NCBI GenBank assembly: GCA_963735805.1
Contig: CAVTMK010000002.1
Coordinates: 832,001 to 896,000 of the forward strand
Direction: 5' to 3'
DNA: 64,000 bases
Origin: an uncultured Verrucomicrobiae bacterium
Lineage (GTDB): Bacteria; Verrucomicrobiota; Verrucomicrobiia; Chthoniobacterales; UBA10450
This document shows positions 36,868 through 47,919 of the stretch, piece by piece; position 1 is the stretch's first letter; the number at the start of each line of letters is the position of its first letter. A program made the position numbers and the translations under genes. The notes under the pieces were generated by a model. The model made no database searches, was not told the origin of the DNA, and saw nothing but the letters and a program-made list of their open reading frames with translations.

Positions 36868-38049
36868 ATGAACGGCGAAAATCCACTTCAGGACTCGAAA
36901 GATCGGCGCCAAACCATCGAAGTGGTTAAACGCAATTGGCAGGCGGAATTGGAGACGGCGGAGACGTACCGCGATCTGGCCGAACGCGAGCGGGACGAGA
37001 AACGCAGAGGCATTCTTCTGCGCATGGCCGAAGCGGAAGAGCGCCATGCGCAACGCTGGGAGAAAAAACTCCGAGACCTCGGTGTCGAACCGCCTGCTCT
37101 AAAAGACACGATCAAGCGTCGGCTCAACCGTTGGTGGAGCAAAATCGCCGGAGCAGAACTCACCATCCGCCGAATGGAAGCAACAGAAGAACGACAGGAA
37201 GCTGAATTTCATGAACAGGCCGAACGCGCATTGGCCAGTGAAGAAGACGTACAGGAATTTTTGCGGAAAAGCGCGCTCGAGGAAAAAGCGCACGCCCGCG
37301 CGCTAAGCGCCATGATGCCGCCCGTTAGCCCGCGCACAGCGCTGGACAAGATCCTGAAGCGCGAACGCTGGCACGGGCGAGGCGGCAGTTGGGTCGCGGA
37401 TGCGATCTACGGCGCAAACGATGGGTTAGGTGCAGTATTTGGAATAGTTTCGGGCGTAGCCGGGGCGACCAATAATCAGCAACATTACATTCTGATTTCA
37501 GGACTCGCCGGAATGCTTGCGTCCACTCTCTCGATGGGCGCTGGCGCATATCTTGCCGCAAAAAGTGAAGCGGAAGTTTACGAGGCTGAGATTTCGCGCG
37601 AACGAGCAGAGGTCGAAGAAAATCCCGAGGAGGAAATTGAAGAGATGTCGCTCTTTTATCAATTACAGGGATTCACTCCCGAGGAATCACAGAAGATGGC
37701 AGAACGTCTCGCCCAACAACCGGAACAGTTTGTACAAGCGATGGCGCAAAGTGAGCTCGGCTTGTCCGAACATCGGTTTCCAAATCAATGGACTGCTGCG
37801 ACCTCAGCTGCCATTTCCACGGCGATCGGCGCTTTTGTTCCCATCATTCCGTTCTTTTTCTTGGGCGGAATGACGGCCGTGATTATTTCCTTCGGCATCA
37901 GTTTAGTCGCGCACTTTCTGGTGGGCGCATTAAAATCGCTTATCACCATCCGTTCCTGGTGGGCGTCCGGTCTGGAAATGACTTGGATAGGCATCATCGT
38001 CGCAGTGGTTACTTATGCTCTGGGACTCGCGTTCGGTTCCTTTGGCTAA
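36868..38049 (+). CDS. Ferritin/rubrerythrin-like domain fused to a VIT1/CCC1 metal transporter
   Basis: N-terminal E..EERH and E..EKAH diiron-type motifs; DAIYGANDGL, LSMGAGAYL, acidic cytoplasmic loop. Confidence 0.88.
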   Translation: MNGENPLQDSKDRRQTIEVVKRNWQAELETAETYRDLAERERDEKRRGILLRMAEAEERHAQRWEKKLRDLGVEPPALKDTIKRRLNRWWSKIAGAELTIRRMEATEERQEAEFHEQAERALASEEDVQEFLRKSALEEKAHARALSAMMPPVSPRTALDKILKRERWHGRGGSWVADAIYGANDGLGAVFGIVSGVAGATNNQQHYILISGLAGMLASTLSMGAGAYLAAKSEAEVYEAEISRERAEVEENPEEEIEEMSLFYQLQGFTPEESQKMAERLAQQPEQFVQAMAQSELGLSEHRFPNQWTAATSAAISTAIGAFVPIIPFFFLGGMTAVIISFGISLVAHFLVGALKSLITIRSWWASGLEMTWIGIIVAVVTYALGLAFGSFG

Positions 38050-38260
38050 TCCTTGAGTATATCAGGGCGCCGGACCTTTTCAGTTCGCACCTAACGTTCC
38101 AAAGGTCACCCGCATGCTCCATACAGATTTTCTTGGGATCCCCGGCCGCTCCAACCCAGACGGTCTCCACGCCATATGCGATACATTCTTGTAACCGAAC
38201 GGCTTTCTCGGAGGTCACAAATTATAAGCGTCTTCGCATGCGCACGAGGTATGTAAAAAA

Positions 38261-39499
38261 ATGTCTAAGCGGCTTATTGTTGGAATCATCGGCGCTCTCG
38301 TGGTTTTGATCGCATGGTGGAGTTTTCATCATCGCGTTTCGTCTGATCAGCTCGGATCAACCGGTACCGTGGCCGGAACGTCGGGCAGGCATGGCGGATT
38401 TAGAGGTGGCAGCGGCGGCCCGGTGCCGGTGGTCGCCGGAAAGGTCGAGCAGAAAGATACGCCTATCTACCTCGATGGCCTCGGCACGGTGCAGGCGTTC
38501 AACACCGTTACGGTGCACACCCGCGTGGATGGCGAATTGCAGCAGGTGCTCTTCGCCGAAGGCCAGAATGTGAAAACGGGTGATCTTCTGGCGGTGATCG
38601 ATCCGCGGCCTTTCCAGGCAGCTTTAGATCAGGCGATCGCGAAAAAAGCGCAGGACGAAGCGCAACTTGCCAACGCCAAAGTCACGCTGGCACGCAACAC
38701 TGATTTGTTGAAAAAGAAGGTGATCGATCAACAAGATTTCGACACATCTAAGTATCAGGGCGATCAATTCCAGGCTGCAGTCCAGGCAGACCAGGCAGCG
38801 ATCGAGGCTGCAAAGACGCAGCTTGATTACACGCAAATCAAGTCACCGATTGACGGACGCACCGGCGTTCGACTTGTCGATGTTGGCAACATTGTTCACG
38901 CGGCCGATCAAACCGGAATCGTCGTCATCACTCAGATGCACCCGATTTCGGTCGTTTTCACCGTGCCCGAACAAAAATTACAGGAAATTCTAAGCCAAGG
39001 CGGCGCGAATGGCGGGTTGCATGTCTCTGCACTGGATCGCGGAAACACGAATGTGCTCGACGAAGGTACGCTCGCCGTCGTGGACAACGAAATTGATCAG
39101 ACGACTGGCACAGTGAAATTGAAAGCGACATTTCCTAATGATCAGTTGCAACTTTGGCCGGGAAAATTTGTTAACGCGCGTTTAATTTTGACCACGCGCA
39201 AAGACGCCACCGTCATTCCCTCAAGTGTAGTGCAACGCGGCCCACAGGGAACGTATGCATACGTCATTAAGACGGACAAAACGGTCGAGATGCGCCCGAT
39301 TAAGGTCGCGCAAACGGAGGCAAATGTTGCGTTGGTCGACAGCGGGTTGAAAGCGGGGGAGCAGGTCGTAGTGGATGGTCAATACAAACTTCAACCTGGC
39401 TCGCATGTTGAGCTGACGACACCGCAACCGTCGCAGCAAGCGCGACCGCCACAAATGAGACAATCTAGCCACAAAACTGTGAGCTCAGGAAAACCGTGA
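38261..39499 (+). CDS. mdtA: RND efflux periplasmic adaptor, MdtA-like
   Basis: RVDGEL...IDPRPF, IKSPIDGRTG, DNEIDQTTGTVKLKA. Confidence 0.88.
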   Translation: MSKRLIVGIIGALVVLIAWWSFHHRVSSDQLGSTGTVAGTSGRHGGFRGGSGGPVPVVAGKVEQKDTPIYLDGLGTVQAFNTVTVHTRVDGELQQVLFAEGQNVKTGDLLAVIDPRPFQAALDQAIAKKAQDEAQLANAKVTLARNTDLLKKKVIDQQDFDTSKYQGDQFQAAVQADQAAIEAAKTQLDYTQIKSPIDGRTGVRLVDVGNIVHAADQTGIVVITQMHPISVVFTVPEQKLQEILSQGGANGGLHVSALDRGNTNVLDEGTLAVVDNEIDQTTGTVKLKATFPNDQLQLWPGKFVNARLILTTRKDATVIPSSVVQRGPQGTYAYVIKTDKTVEMRPIKVAQTEANVALVDSGLKAGEQVVVDGQYKLQPGSHVELTTPQPSQQARPPQMRQSSHKTVSSGKP

Positions 39500-42400
39500 G
39501 TATTTCCGAACCATTTATTCGGCGACCAGTTGCGACTTCGCTGTTGATGGCCGGCGTGGTTTTGCTTGGGATACTTGGCTACAAGTTGTTGCCGATCTCA
39601 GCACTGCCGGCCGTTGATTTTCCAACTATTGAAGTGACGACGTTTTATCCCGGCGCAAGCGCGGACGTAATGGTCTCGTCGATCACTACGCCGCTTGAGC
39701 GGCAGTTTGGGCAAATCAGTGGGTTGGCGTCGATGAATTCCACCAGCTCGTTCGGTACATCGACAATCACTTTGCAGTTCGTTCTCGACCGCCCAATCGA
39801 CGTTGCGGCGCAGGACGTACAAGCCGCGATCAATGTCGCTGGCGGATTTCTGCCGCCGAATCTGCCGAACCCACCGAAATACAACAAGGTCAATCCGGCC
39901 GACACGCCGATCCTTACGCTGTCGATTACATCCGATAGTTTGCCTTTGGATCGCGTGAACGACTTCGCCGACACGTTGCTGGCGCAGAAAATTAGCGAAG
40001 TGACAGGTGTCGGCCTTGTCACGATTCAGGGAAATCAAAAACCGGCCGTGCGCGTGCAAGTGAATCCAGCGGCGATTTCCGCCCTCGGGCTCAGCTTGGA
40101 AGATGTGCGTACAGTTCTCGGACAGGCGAACGTGAACGCGCCGAAAGGCAGTTTCGACGGTCCGCGGCAATCGTTCACTATCGGATCGAACGACCAAATT
40201 TTTTCCGCTGACGCTTACAAACCGATCATCGTCGCTTACAAAAACGGCGCTCCGATTCGACTCGGCGATATTGCGAACATCATCGACAGCGTAGAGAACG
40301 ATCAACTCGCGGCATGGGTCGGCACGAAAAACGGCGAGAACCCTGCGGTGCTGCTCGACATTCAGCGTCAACCAGGCGCGAACATCATTCAAACGGTGGA
40401 CCGCGTGAAGCAATTGCTGCCGCGATTGACCGGCACGCTGCCGCCGTCCGTGCACGTTTCCATTCTGGCTGATCGCACCGAGACGATCCGCGCGTCAGTG
40501 CGCGACGTGGAATTTACGTTGCTACTGACCGTCGCGCTCGTCGTGATGGTGATGTTCCTCTTCCTGCGAAAGCTCTGGGCGACGGTGATCACGAGTGTGG
40601 CGCTTCCGCTCTCGCTCATCGGGACGTTCGGCATCATGTATCTTGCCGGATTCAGCCTCGACAATCTCTCGTTGATGGCGCTGACCATCTCGACCGGCTT
40701 TGTGGTCGATGACGCGATCGTCATGATCGAGAACATTGTGCGTTATATCGAAGCCGGCGATGCGCCATTGGAAGCCGCGCTCAAAGGCGCAAAGCAAATC
40801 GGTTTCACGGTTGTGTCGTTGAGTATCTCGCTTGTCGCGGTTTTCATTCCGCTTCTGTTCATGACCGGAATTGTCGGCCGCTTGTTCCGCGAATTCGCAA
40901 TCACGATGAGCGTGGCGGTCGGAGTATCGGCGTTCGTTTCGCTGACGCTCACTCCGATGATGTGCGCAAAGCTATTGCGCTCCGAAAAAGAAGAAGAAAG
41001 AGAACATCAAAGTGCGTTCTATCGCCGGACCGAAGAATACTGGACGCGGTTTAGTAATTTGTATGAACGCGGGTTGCGCTGGGTATTCGCACATCAGCGA
41101 TTCGTTTTGGTCGTCGCTATTCTGACCCTCGTTGCGACAATCCTGCTCTACATCGTCGTGCCGAAAGGGCTGCTGCCGCAACAGGACACCGGGGTGATCG
41201 TCGGCGTGACCGACGCTGCGGAGAACATTTCCTTCAAGGCGATGTTGCAACGCGTGCACGCCGTTTCCGATATCGTCAGGCGCGACCCGGATGTCGCGAG
41301 CGTGTCGGCTTCGGTCGGCGCGGGAACAGTGAACGCGACCATCAATACCGCCCGGCTTTACATCGTCCTCAAGCCGCACAATGAGCGCGCAAATGCCGAA
41401 AAAATCATCGAACGGTTGCGCGATGCAACGCGCGATGTCGAAGGCGTCTCGTTCTTCATGCAGGCGGCGCAGGATTTGCAGATCGATGCGCGCGTCAGCC
41501 GCACGCAATTCCAGTACATTTTGCAGGATGCCGACGCGGTCGAGCTCGCAGAGTGGACTCCAAAACTTGTGCAAAAACTAGGACAACTGCCGCAGCTCAC
41601 TGACGTCGCAAGCGATCAGCAGGTGAACGGGTTGCAGTTGAACGTTGATGTTGATCGCGAAAAGGCGTCCCGGCTGAACGTACTAACACAAGCAATCGAC
41701 GACACGCTTTACGATGCATTCGGACAACGGCAGGTCTCAATCATTTTCACGCAGCTCAATCAATTCCGCGTCATACTCGAAGTGGAACCGAATTTTCGCG
41801 AGTCGCCCGATTTGCTCGACAAAATTTACGTCAAATCAAGCAGCGGTCAGCCGGTGCCACTGAGCGCGTTCGCGACGATGCACGTGAGCAACACGCCGCT
41901 CTCCATCCCGCATCAGGGACAATTTCCGGCGGCCACCATCTCATTCAACTTGCAGAGTGGGAGCTCGCTTAGTCATGCAATCCCGGCGATTCAAAAAGCA
42001 GAACGTGAAATCGGTTTGCCTGACACTATCGCAACTACATTCACCGGCGCGGCGGCGGAATTTCGTTCATCGCTAACGAGCGAGCCACTGCTGATCTTGG
42101 CGGCCGTTGTGGTGATTTATATCGTGCTAGGCGTTCTGTACGAAAGTTACATTCATCCGATCACGATTCTTTCTACCTTGCCATCTGCAGGCGTCGGCGC
42201 GTTGCTCGCATTGCTCATTTGCGGCATCGATTTTTCTTTGGTCGCGCTTATCGGCATCATCCTCCTCATCGGCATCGTGAAAAAGAACGCGATCATGATG
42301 ATCGATTTTGCGCTGGATGCCGAACGCAACGAGGGACTCTCGGCGGAAGAATCGATCTATCAGGCGTGTCTGTTGCGTTTTCGACCGATCATGATGACGA

Positions 42401-42702
42401 CAGCTGCGGCGCTGCTTGGAGCTTTGCCGCTCGCCCTCGAGAGTGGAACCGGCAGCGAGCTGCGGCGACCACTCGGAATTTCCATTGTCGGGGGATTGTT
42501 GCTCTCGCAATTTCTCACGCTCTACACGACGCCGGTAATTTACCTTTATCTCGATCGGTTTGGAGGTTGGATGAAGGAACGCCGTCGTCGCGGTGAGGTT
42601 GCTCAAGCCGAGCTACCGTTAAGAACGTCGACAGTTCTGGAACACGAACCCGAGCCGCAATTCGCCGGAGTAAACGGTGAAGATGATCGACTTGGATTTT
42701 AG
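39496..42702 (+). CDS. mdtB: RND efflux transporter, MdtB-like
   Basis: FIRRPVATSLL, PLERQFGQ, GFVVDDAIV, GIVKKNAIMM, RFRPIMMT. Confidence 0.9.
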   Translation: MSISEPFIRRPVATSLLMAGVVLLGILGYKLLPISALPAVDFPTIEVTTFYPGASADVMVSSITTPLERQFGQISGLASMNSTSSFGTSTITLQFVLDRPIDVAAQDVQAAINVAGGFLPPNLPNPPKYNKVNPADTPILTLSITSDSLPLDRVNDFADTLLAQKISEVTGVGLVTIQGNQKPAVRVQVNPAAISALGLSLEDVRTVLGQANVNAPKGSFDGPRQSFTIGSNDQIFSADAYKPIIVAYKNGAPIRLGDIANIIDSVENDQLAAWVGTKNGENPAVLLDIQRQPGANIIQTVDRVKQLLPRLTGTLPPSVHVSILADRTETIRASVRDVEFTLLLTVALVVMVMFLFLRKLWATVITSVALPLSLIGTFGIMYLAGFSLDNLSLMALTISTGFVVDDAIVMIENIVRYIEAGDAPLEAALKGAKQIGFTVVSLSISLVAVFIPLLFMTGIVGRLFREFAITMSVAVGVSAFVSLTLTPMMCAKLLRSEKEEEREHQSAFYRRTEEYWTRFSNLYERGLRWVFAHQRFVLVVAILTLVATILLYIVVPKGLLPQQDTGVIVGVTDAAENISFKAMLQRVHAVSDIVRRDPDVASVSASVGAGTVNATINTARLYIVLKPHNERANAEKIIERLRDATRDVEGVSFFMQAAQDLQIDARVSRTQFQYILQDADAVELAEWTPKLVQKLGQLPQLTDVASDQQVNGLQLNVDVDREKASRLNVLTQAIDDTLYDAFGQRQVSIIFTQLNQFRVILEVEPNFRESPDLLDKIYVKSSSGQPVPLSAFATMHVSNTPLSIPHQGQFPAATISFNLQSGSSLSHAIPAIQKAEREIGLPDTIATTFTGAAAEFRSSLTSEPLLILAAVVVIYIVLGVLYESYIHPITILSTLPSAGVGALLALLICGIDFSLVALIGIILLIGIVKKNAIMMIDFALDAERNEGLSAEESIYQACLLRFRPIMMTTAAALLGALPLALESGTGSELRRPLGISIVGGLLLSQFLTLYTTPVIYLYLDRFGGWMKERRRRGEVAQAELPLRTSTVLEHEPEPQFAGVNGEDDRLGF

Positions 42703-42704
42703 TC

Positions 42705-45700
42705 ATGAACATTTCCGAGCCATTCATTCGTCGACCAGTCGGCACGTCGCTGCTGGCAGCGGGAGTGCTGTTGCTGGGTGCCGTGGCCTATTACTTCTTG
42801 CCGGTGGCTCCGTTGCCGAAAGTCGATTTCCCGACGATCAACGTGAGTGCGCAGGAACCGGGCGTCGATCCTCAGACCGCTGCGTCATCGCTGGCCGCGC
42901 CGCTGGAGCGCCGTTTTGCGCAGATTGCGGGCGTAAATGAAATCACTTCCGTCAGTTCGTTAGGCGGATCGTCGATCACGATTCAGTTCGATCTGAATCG
43001 CGACATCAACGGCGCGGCGCGCGACGTGCAGAGCGCGATCAACGCCGCCTCCGGCGAATTGCCAAGTGGCTTGCCGCAGCCGCCCTCTTATCGTAGACAC
43101 AATCCATCCGACGCGCCGATCATGGTGCTCGCGATGACGTCGGACGCGTTGCCGTTGTCGGAAGTTTACAATCTCGCCGATCAAATCATCGGCCAGCGCA
43201 TTAGCCAGGTGGATGGTGTCAGCCAGGTGCTCATCGGCGGCGGTGCGAACTCCGCCGTGCGTGTGCAGATAAATCCGGTCGCGCTTGCCTCGATGGGTCT
43301 GAGCATGGAAGACATTCGCACGACGCTTTCACAAGCGAATGTCCTTTCACCAAAGGGTGCATTTGACGGTCCGGAGCAGAGATTCGTCATCGCGAGCAAC
43401 GACCAGTTAACTCAGGCCGACCAATATCAGCCGATCATCGTCGCCCATCACAATGGCGCGGCCGTGCCCTTACACGACGTCGGCACGGCAATCGATGCAC
43501 AGGCAAATCGCGACCAGGCCGGCTTGTTTAACAACAAACGCGCTGTCTTGTTAGTCATTTTTAAACAACCGGACGCGAACGTCGTTCGTACCACTGACCA
43601 GATTCACGCGATCCTTCCACAACTCCGCACCTGGCTGCCGGCGAGTGTGCATCTCGATGTCATGAGCGATCGCACAATCACGATCCGCTCGTCTGTGCGC
43701 GATGTGCAGTTGACGCTCGTCATCACCATGGCGCTCGTGGTGATGGTGATGTTTCTCTTCCTGCGCCGGTTCTGGCCGACGTTCATCTCCGGAATTACGA
43801 TGCCGCTCGCGCTCGCGGGCACCTTCGGCGTCATGTGGCTGTGTAGTTACAGCCTCGACAACCTGTCGCTCATGGCGTTGACGGTTTCGACCGGATTCGT
43901 TGTCGATGATGCGATTGTCGTAATCGAAAACATCGTGCGATTCATTGAGAAGGGCGAGCCACCGTTTCAAGCTGCGTTGAAAGGCGCGCGTCAGATTGGC
44001 TTCACCGTCATTTCGATTAGTCTCTCGCTGGTGGCGGTTTTCATTCCGCTGCTTTTCATGAGCGGCTTGATCGGGCGTTTGTTTCACGAATTCGCCGTGA
44101 CGTTGAGCGCCGCAATTCTTATTTCCGGCGTTGTTTCGTTAACGCTCACGCCCATGCTTTGCGGGCGATTTTTGAAAAACGAGGAGCGAAATCGGCAGCG
44201 CGGCGTGATCGATCGACTGAGCGAGCGCGGTTTCAACGCAATGCACGCTTTTTATGAACGCGGCTTGAAGTGGGTCCTCAAACACGAATACACCATGCTC
44301 ATTGTCATCGGGCTGGTGATCATCGCGACAGTTTACCTTTACTTCGTTGTCCCGAAGGGATTTTTCCCGCAGCAGGACACGGGACAGATGATGGGCACTA
44401 CCGAGGCGGCACAGGACATCTCCTTTGAGGCGATGAAAGAAAAGCAGGAGCAGGTCGTGAAAACTGTCATGGCCGATCCCGCTGTGCAGGCCGTCGGCTC
44501 ATTCTTTGGCGGCGGGAGCGGCTCAGCATTGAATAACGGCCGCATGTTCATCAGTTTGAAACCAAAAGGTTCGGGCAAAGGAGAACGCAAAGATGACGCC
44601 GGCACAGTGATCGCACGTCTAAGGGGAAAGCTCTCGAAAATTCCCGGCGCGCAACTTTTTCTCACGGCAAATCAAGACATTCGTGTTGGTGGAAGATCGT
44701 CAAAGGCTCAATACCAATATGCGTTGTCCGATCAAAACATTGATGAGCTGAATTCGTGGGCGCCGAAGCTCGTGAACAAACTTCACGAATATCCGCAGAT
44801 CAAGGACGCCACGAGCGACCAGCAATTTCGCGGATTGCAGGAAACCGTGGTAATCGATCGCGACGCGGCCGCGCGCCTGGGCATTCAACCGCAAGCAGTC
44901 GACAGTACGCTTTACAGCGCCTTCGGTCAGCGGCAGGTCTCGATCATTTACACGCAACAGAATCAATATCACGTCATTCTCGAGGTCGATCCGAAGTTTC
45001 AACTCGATCCGAGTTCGCTCGACAAAATCTACGTCAAATCGAATTCCGGAAGCCAGGTGCCACTAAGCACGATTGCACATTTTCAATTGGACAACACGCC
45101 GCTCTCAGTCAATCACCAGGGCCAGTTTCCATGCGTGACAATCTCCTTTAACACTGCGCAAGGCGTTTCGTTAAGTGAGGCAACGCAAATCGTCGAGCGG
45201 GCGAAACGTGATCTCGGAATGCCATCAAGCATTCGCGGAAATTTCGCCGGCACGGCCCAGGTTGCTCAAGCTTCCTGGGTGACAATGCCGTGGTTGTTTC
45301 TCACAGCGCTCTTAGCCGTTTACATCATCCTGGGAATGCTTTACGAGAGCCTGATCCACCCGATCACGATCCTTTCTACGATACCATCCGCTGGCCTCGG
45401 GGCTCTCTTAGCCATGCTGGTAACCGGCAATGAGCTGGATCTCGTCTCGGTCATCGGAATCATCCTGCTCATTGGGATCGTGAAGAAGAATGCCATCATG
45501 ATGGTCGACTTCGCGCTCGACGCCGAGCGAAATGAGGGACTCTCGCCCGAAGAATCGATCTATCAGGCGTGCCTGGTTCGATTTCGTCCCATCATGATGA
45601 CAACACTGGCCGCAATGTTTGGCGCGTTACCGCTGGCCATCGGCATGGGCGTTGGCAGCGAGCTGCGCAAGCCCCTCGGTGTTGCCATCGTCGGTGGCCT

Positions 45701-45851
45701 CATCGTTTCACAGATATTGACGCTTTACACAACGCCCGTGATTTATCTGGCGCTCGATCAATTGCGACAGCGAAAAAGGAATCGGCCTTCGTCCGCGACC
45801 GATCTTCGGCCGATCAGTTGGCCGCAGACTTCCGGGTCTCCCGCCGGATAA
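42705..45851 (+). CDS. mdtC: RND efflux transporter, MdtC-like
   Basis: Second tandem RND paralog with the same motifs; typical mdtABC order. Confidence 0.9.
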   Translation: MNISEPFIRRPVGTSLLAAGVLLLGAVAYYFLPVAPLPKVDFPTINVSAQEPGVDPQTAASSLAAPLERRFAQIAGVNEITSVSSLGGSSITIQFDLNRDINGAARDVQSAINAASGELPSGLPQPPSYRRHNPSDAPIMVLAMTSDALPLSEVYNLADQIIGQRISQVDGVSQVLIGGGANSAVRVQINPVALASMGLSMEDIRTTLSQANVLSPKGAFDGPEQRFVIASNDQLTQADQYQPIIVAHHNGAAVPLHDVGTAIDAQANRDQAGLFNNKRAVLLVIFKQPDANVVRTTDQIHAILPQLRTWLPASVHLDVMSDRTITIRSSVRDVQLTLVITMALVVMVMFLFLRRFWPTFISGITMPLALAGTFGVMWLCSYSLDNLSLMALTVSTGFVVDDAIVVIENIVRFIEKGEPPFQAALKGARQIGFTVISISLSLVAVFIPLLFMSGLIGRLFHEFAVTLSAAILISGVVSLTLTPMLCGRFLKNEERNRQRGVIDRLSERGFNAMHAFYERGLKWVLKHEYTMLIVIGLVIIATVYLYFVVPKGFFPQQDTGQMMGTTEAAQDISFEAMKEKQEQVVKTVMADPAVQAVGSFFGGGSGSALNNGRMFISLKPKGSGKGERKDDAGTVIARLRGKLSKIPGAQLFLTANQDIRVGGRSSKAQYQYALSDQNIDELNSWAPKLVNKLHEYPQIKDATSDQQFRGLQETVVIDRDAAARLGIQPQAVDSTLYSAFGQRQVSIIYTQQNQYHVILEVDPKFQLDPSSLDKIYVKSNSGSQVPLSTIAHFQLDNTPLSVNHQGQFPCVTISFNTAQGVSLSEATQIVERAKRDLGMPSSIRGNFAGTAQVAQASWVTMPWLFLTALLAVYIILGMLYESLIHPITILSTIPSAGLGALLAMLVTGNELDLVSVIGIILLIGIVKKNAIMMVDFALDAERNEGLSPEESIYQACLVRFRPIMMTTLAAMFGALPLAIGMGVGSELRKPLGVAIVGGLIVSQILTLYTTPVIYLALDQLRQRKRNRPSSATDLRPISWPQTSGSPAG

Positions 45852-45900
45852 CTTGCCCGCGCTTTCTCGACTTACAGCGGCGCATTGACGGAGCGTCAGT

Positions 45901-45938
45901 GTCCCGAAAATGGAACGGTTAGTTCCCGATCGCGGAAC
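45901..45938. promoter_or_regulatory. Putative bEBP enhancer (UAS) pair 1
   Basis: GTCCC-N6-GGAAC (45901) and TTCCC-N6-GGAAC (45923), 22 bp apart. Confidence 0.65.
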
Positions 45939-46016
45939 GGAACGATCGCATGCTTCGATTGCGGCAGGCGATCCATCATCGTCGTCATCAGGAGCTTACG
46001 TGACGAACTGTTTTCT

Positions 46017-46032
46017 TGGTACGGCACCTGCA
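46017..46032 (+). promoter_or_regulatory. Sigma54 -24/-12 promoter 1
   Basis: TGGTACG-GCAC-CTGCA; GG and GC at canonical spacing. Confidence 0.7.
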
Positions 46033-46061
46033 TAAAGAATTGCATCAACCAGGACACGCTT

Positions 46062-46277
46062 ATGAACAACCAATTCGAATCTACTTACGCTCTGTTGGTA
46101 CGCTCCGAAGAGAAAAGACGCGGAATGCTTGAAGGAGTACTTTATGTCGCCTTCATCTTGAGCGCCATCCTGTTGATCTGGGCATTCGCGCAAAGCCCGA
46201 TCAACATTCAGGCGCCTGGGTTCAACCACTGGACTGTTGCCAAACCAGCGAGGACACACGCAATCTCGCAGAGTTAA
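46062..46277 (+). CDS. Small single-TM membrane protein A (71 aa)
   Basis: MNNQFESTYALLVRSEEKRRGMLEGVLYVAFILSAILLIWAFAQSP...; AGGA SD; just downstream of the sigma54 promoter. Confidence 0.7.
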   Translation: MNNQFESTYALLVRSEEKRRGMLEGVLYVAFILSAILLIWAFAQSPINIQAPGFNHWTVAKPARTHAISQS

Positions 46278-46512
46278 TCGCAACGAAGATAGCGATGTGA
46301 AATACCGTGGCGAGCCAGATGGCTCGGTGCAATCGCGCTCATACTGGCAACGCGCGATACTTGGGTTACCTGGAAGATTTCGGATCGTAATCTTCCCATT
46401 GGCGTTCGCTTTTGCGTCGATGCGATTGACATACCGCCGGAAACGCGGTTGAGAGTTAGCTGGTGACAAGGAATCTCAATCGCGGCTGCAACGAGTGCCG
46501 CGCCCGCAGGAA

Positions 46513-47859
46513 ATGAGCCGAATTCTCATCGCCGACGATCAGCGCGATGTGCTGGAAGCACTTCGCATATTGCTCAAAGGCGAAGGATATCAGACAGAAG
46601 GGGCCACGTCGCTAGCCGGCATCTTCAACTCGCTGGACAAGAAAGAGTATGCGCTGCTGTTGATGGATCTAAATTACGCACGCGACACCACGTCCGGCCA
46701 GGAGGGCTTGTCAGCCATTCCGAGAATCCGGCAGATCGACAGCACTCTGCCAGTTGTTGTGATGACCGCCTGGGCGACGGTTGAGTTGGCCGTGGAAGCA
46801 ATGAAACGCGGTGCGCGCGATTTTGTAACCAAACCGTGGGACAATCAGCGGTTGTTGGCAATCGTGAGGACGCAGATTGAACTCGCATCTGCGCTGCGTC
46901 GCGGACGAAAACTTGAGGCAGAAAACGAACTTCTGCGCGGCACGATGCCAAACTTGATCGCGCAGTCTCCGTCGATGCGGCCTGTGATCGAAATGATTTC
47001 ACGCGTCGCCCCGTCTGATGCCAACATTCTGATCACTGGCGAAAATGGAACCGGGAAAAGCCTTGTCGCGCGGACGATCCATGCTCTTTCGCCGCGAGCA
47101 TCACATGCGATGATCACTGTAAACATGGGCGGCTTATCCGAGACTCTCTTTGAAAGCGAATTGTTTGGTCACGTCAAAGGCGCCTTTACCGACGCGAAGA
47201 CAGATCGAACCGGTAGATTTGAGCTTGCTGATGAGAGCACCCTTTTCTTGGACGAAATCGCAAACATCCCACTTGCTCAACAGGCAAAACTATTGCGCGT
47301 AATCGAAACCGGAGACTTTGAAAGGGTCGGCTCGTCGAAAACTCTACATGCCAACGTGCGCATCATCTCTGCGACGAATGCAAATCTCGATAGCGAAGTG
47401 GCAGCGAGTCGGTTTAGGCAGGACCTGTTGTTCCGCCTGAATACGATCCAGATTACGTTGCCGCCTTTGCGAGAGCGACGGGATGACATCATGCCGCTGG
47501 CCAACAGTTTTCTCGGTCAGCACGCTGAGCGTTATCGGAAGCAAATTGCTGGTTTCGATGAGACAGCGCGAGAACGTCTGCTGCAGCACCGGTTTCCCGG
47601 AAATGTTCGGGAGCTCGATCATATCGTCGAACGCGCAGTGCTTATGACACAAGATCGACAAGTTCGCGCAAGCGATCTGGGCCTGACCAATGGCGGCGGT
47701 GAATCGCGTGACCTTGAGGAGATGAGTCTTGAAGAAGTGGAAGCATTTCTGATTAAGAAGGCGCTAGCCCGCAACGATGGCAACGCGCGCAAAGCGGCGG
47801 AGGCGCTCGGGTTAAGCAGAAGCGCATTCTACCGTCGTCTGCAACAATATGGTCTCTAA
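46513..47859 (+). CDS. Sigma54-dependent response regulator (NtrC family)
   Basis: REC domain, GENGTGKS, ESELFGHVKGAFTDA, LFLDEI, PGNVREL, Fis-type HTH. Confidence 0.95.
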   Translation: MSRILIADDQRDVLEALRILLKGEGYQTEGATSLAGIFNSLDKKEYALLLMDLNYARDTTSGQEGLSAIPRIRQIDSTLPVVVMTAWATVELAVEAMKRGARDFVTKPWDNQRLLAIVRTQIELASALRRGRKLEAENELLRGTMPNLIAQSPSMRPVIEMISRVAPSDANILITGENGTGKSLVARTIHALSPRASHAMITVNMGGLSETLFESELFGHVKGAFTDAKTDRTGRFELADESTLFLDEIANIPLAQQAKLLRVIETGDFERVGSSKTLHANVRIISATNANLDSEVAASRFRQDLLFRLNTIQITLPPLRERRDDIMPLANSFLGQHAERYRKQIAGFDETARERLLQHRFPGNVRELDHIVERAVLMTQDRQVRASDLGLTNGGGESRDLEEMSLEEVEAFLIKKALARNDGNARKAAEALGLSRSAFYRRLQQYGL

Positions 47860-47919
47860 AAATCGCGGATTGGCCGCTCCGGCGAATCACCTTCTTGGCG
47901 ATTGTGGATTGCAGCGTTG

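Noticed and set aside
39496..45851. Tandem RND genes with no outer-membrane factor as a novelty
   Set aside because: Ordinary mdtABC arrangement; a TolC-like protein is commonly encoded elsewhere.
45885..46061. Long N-terminal version of small protein A in the ORF track
   Set aside because: It overlaps the UAS and sigma54 promoter; ATG 46062 has an SD and fits the predicted TSS.
46278..46512. Short ORFs on both strands between protein A and the regulator
   Set aside because: No convincing start, SD or protein-like features.
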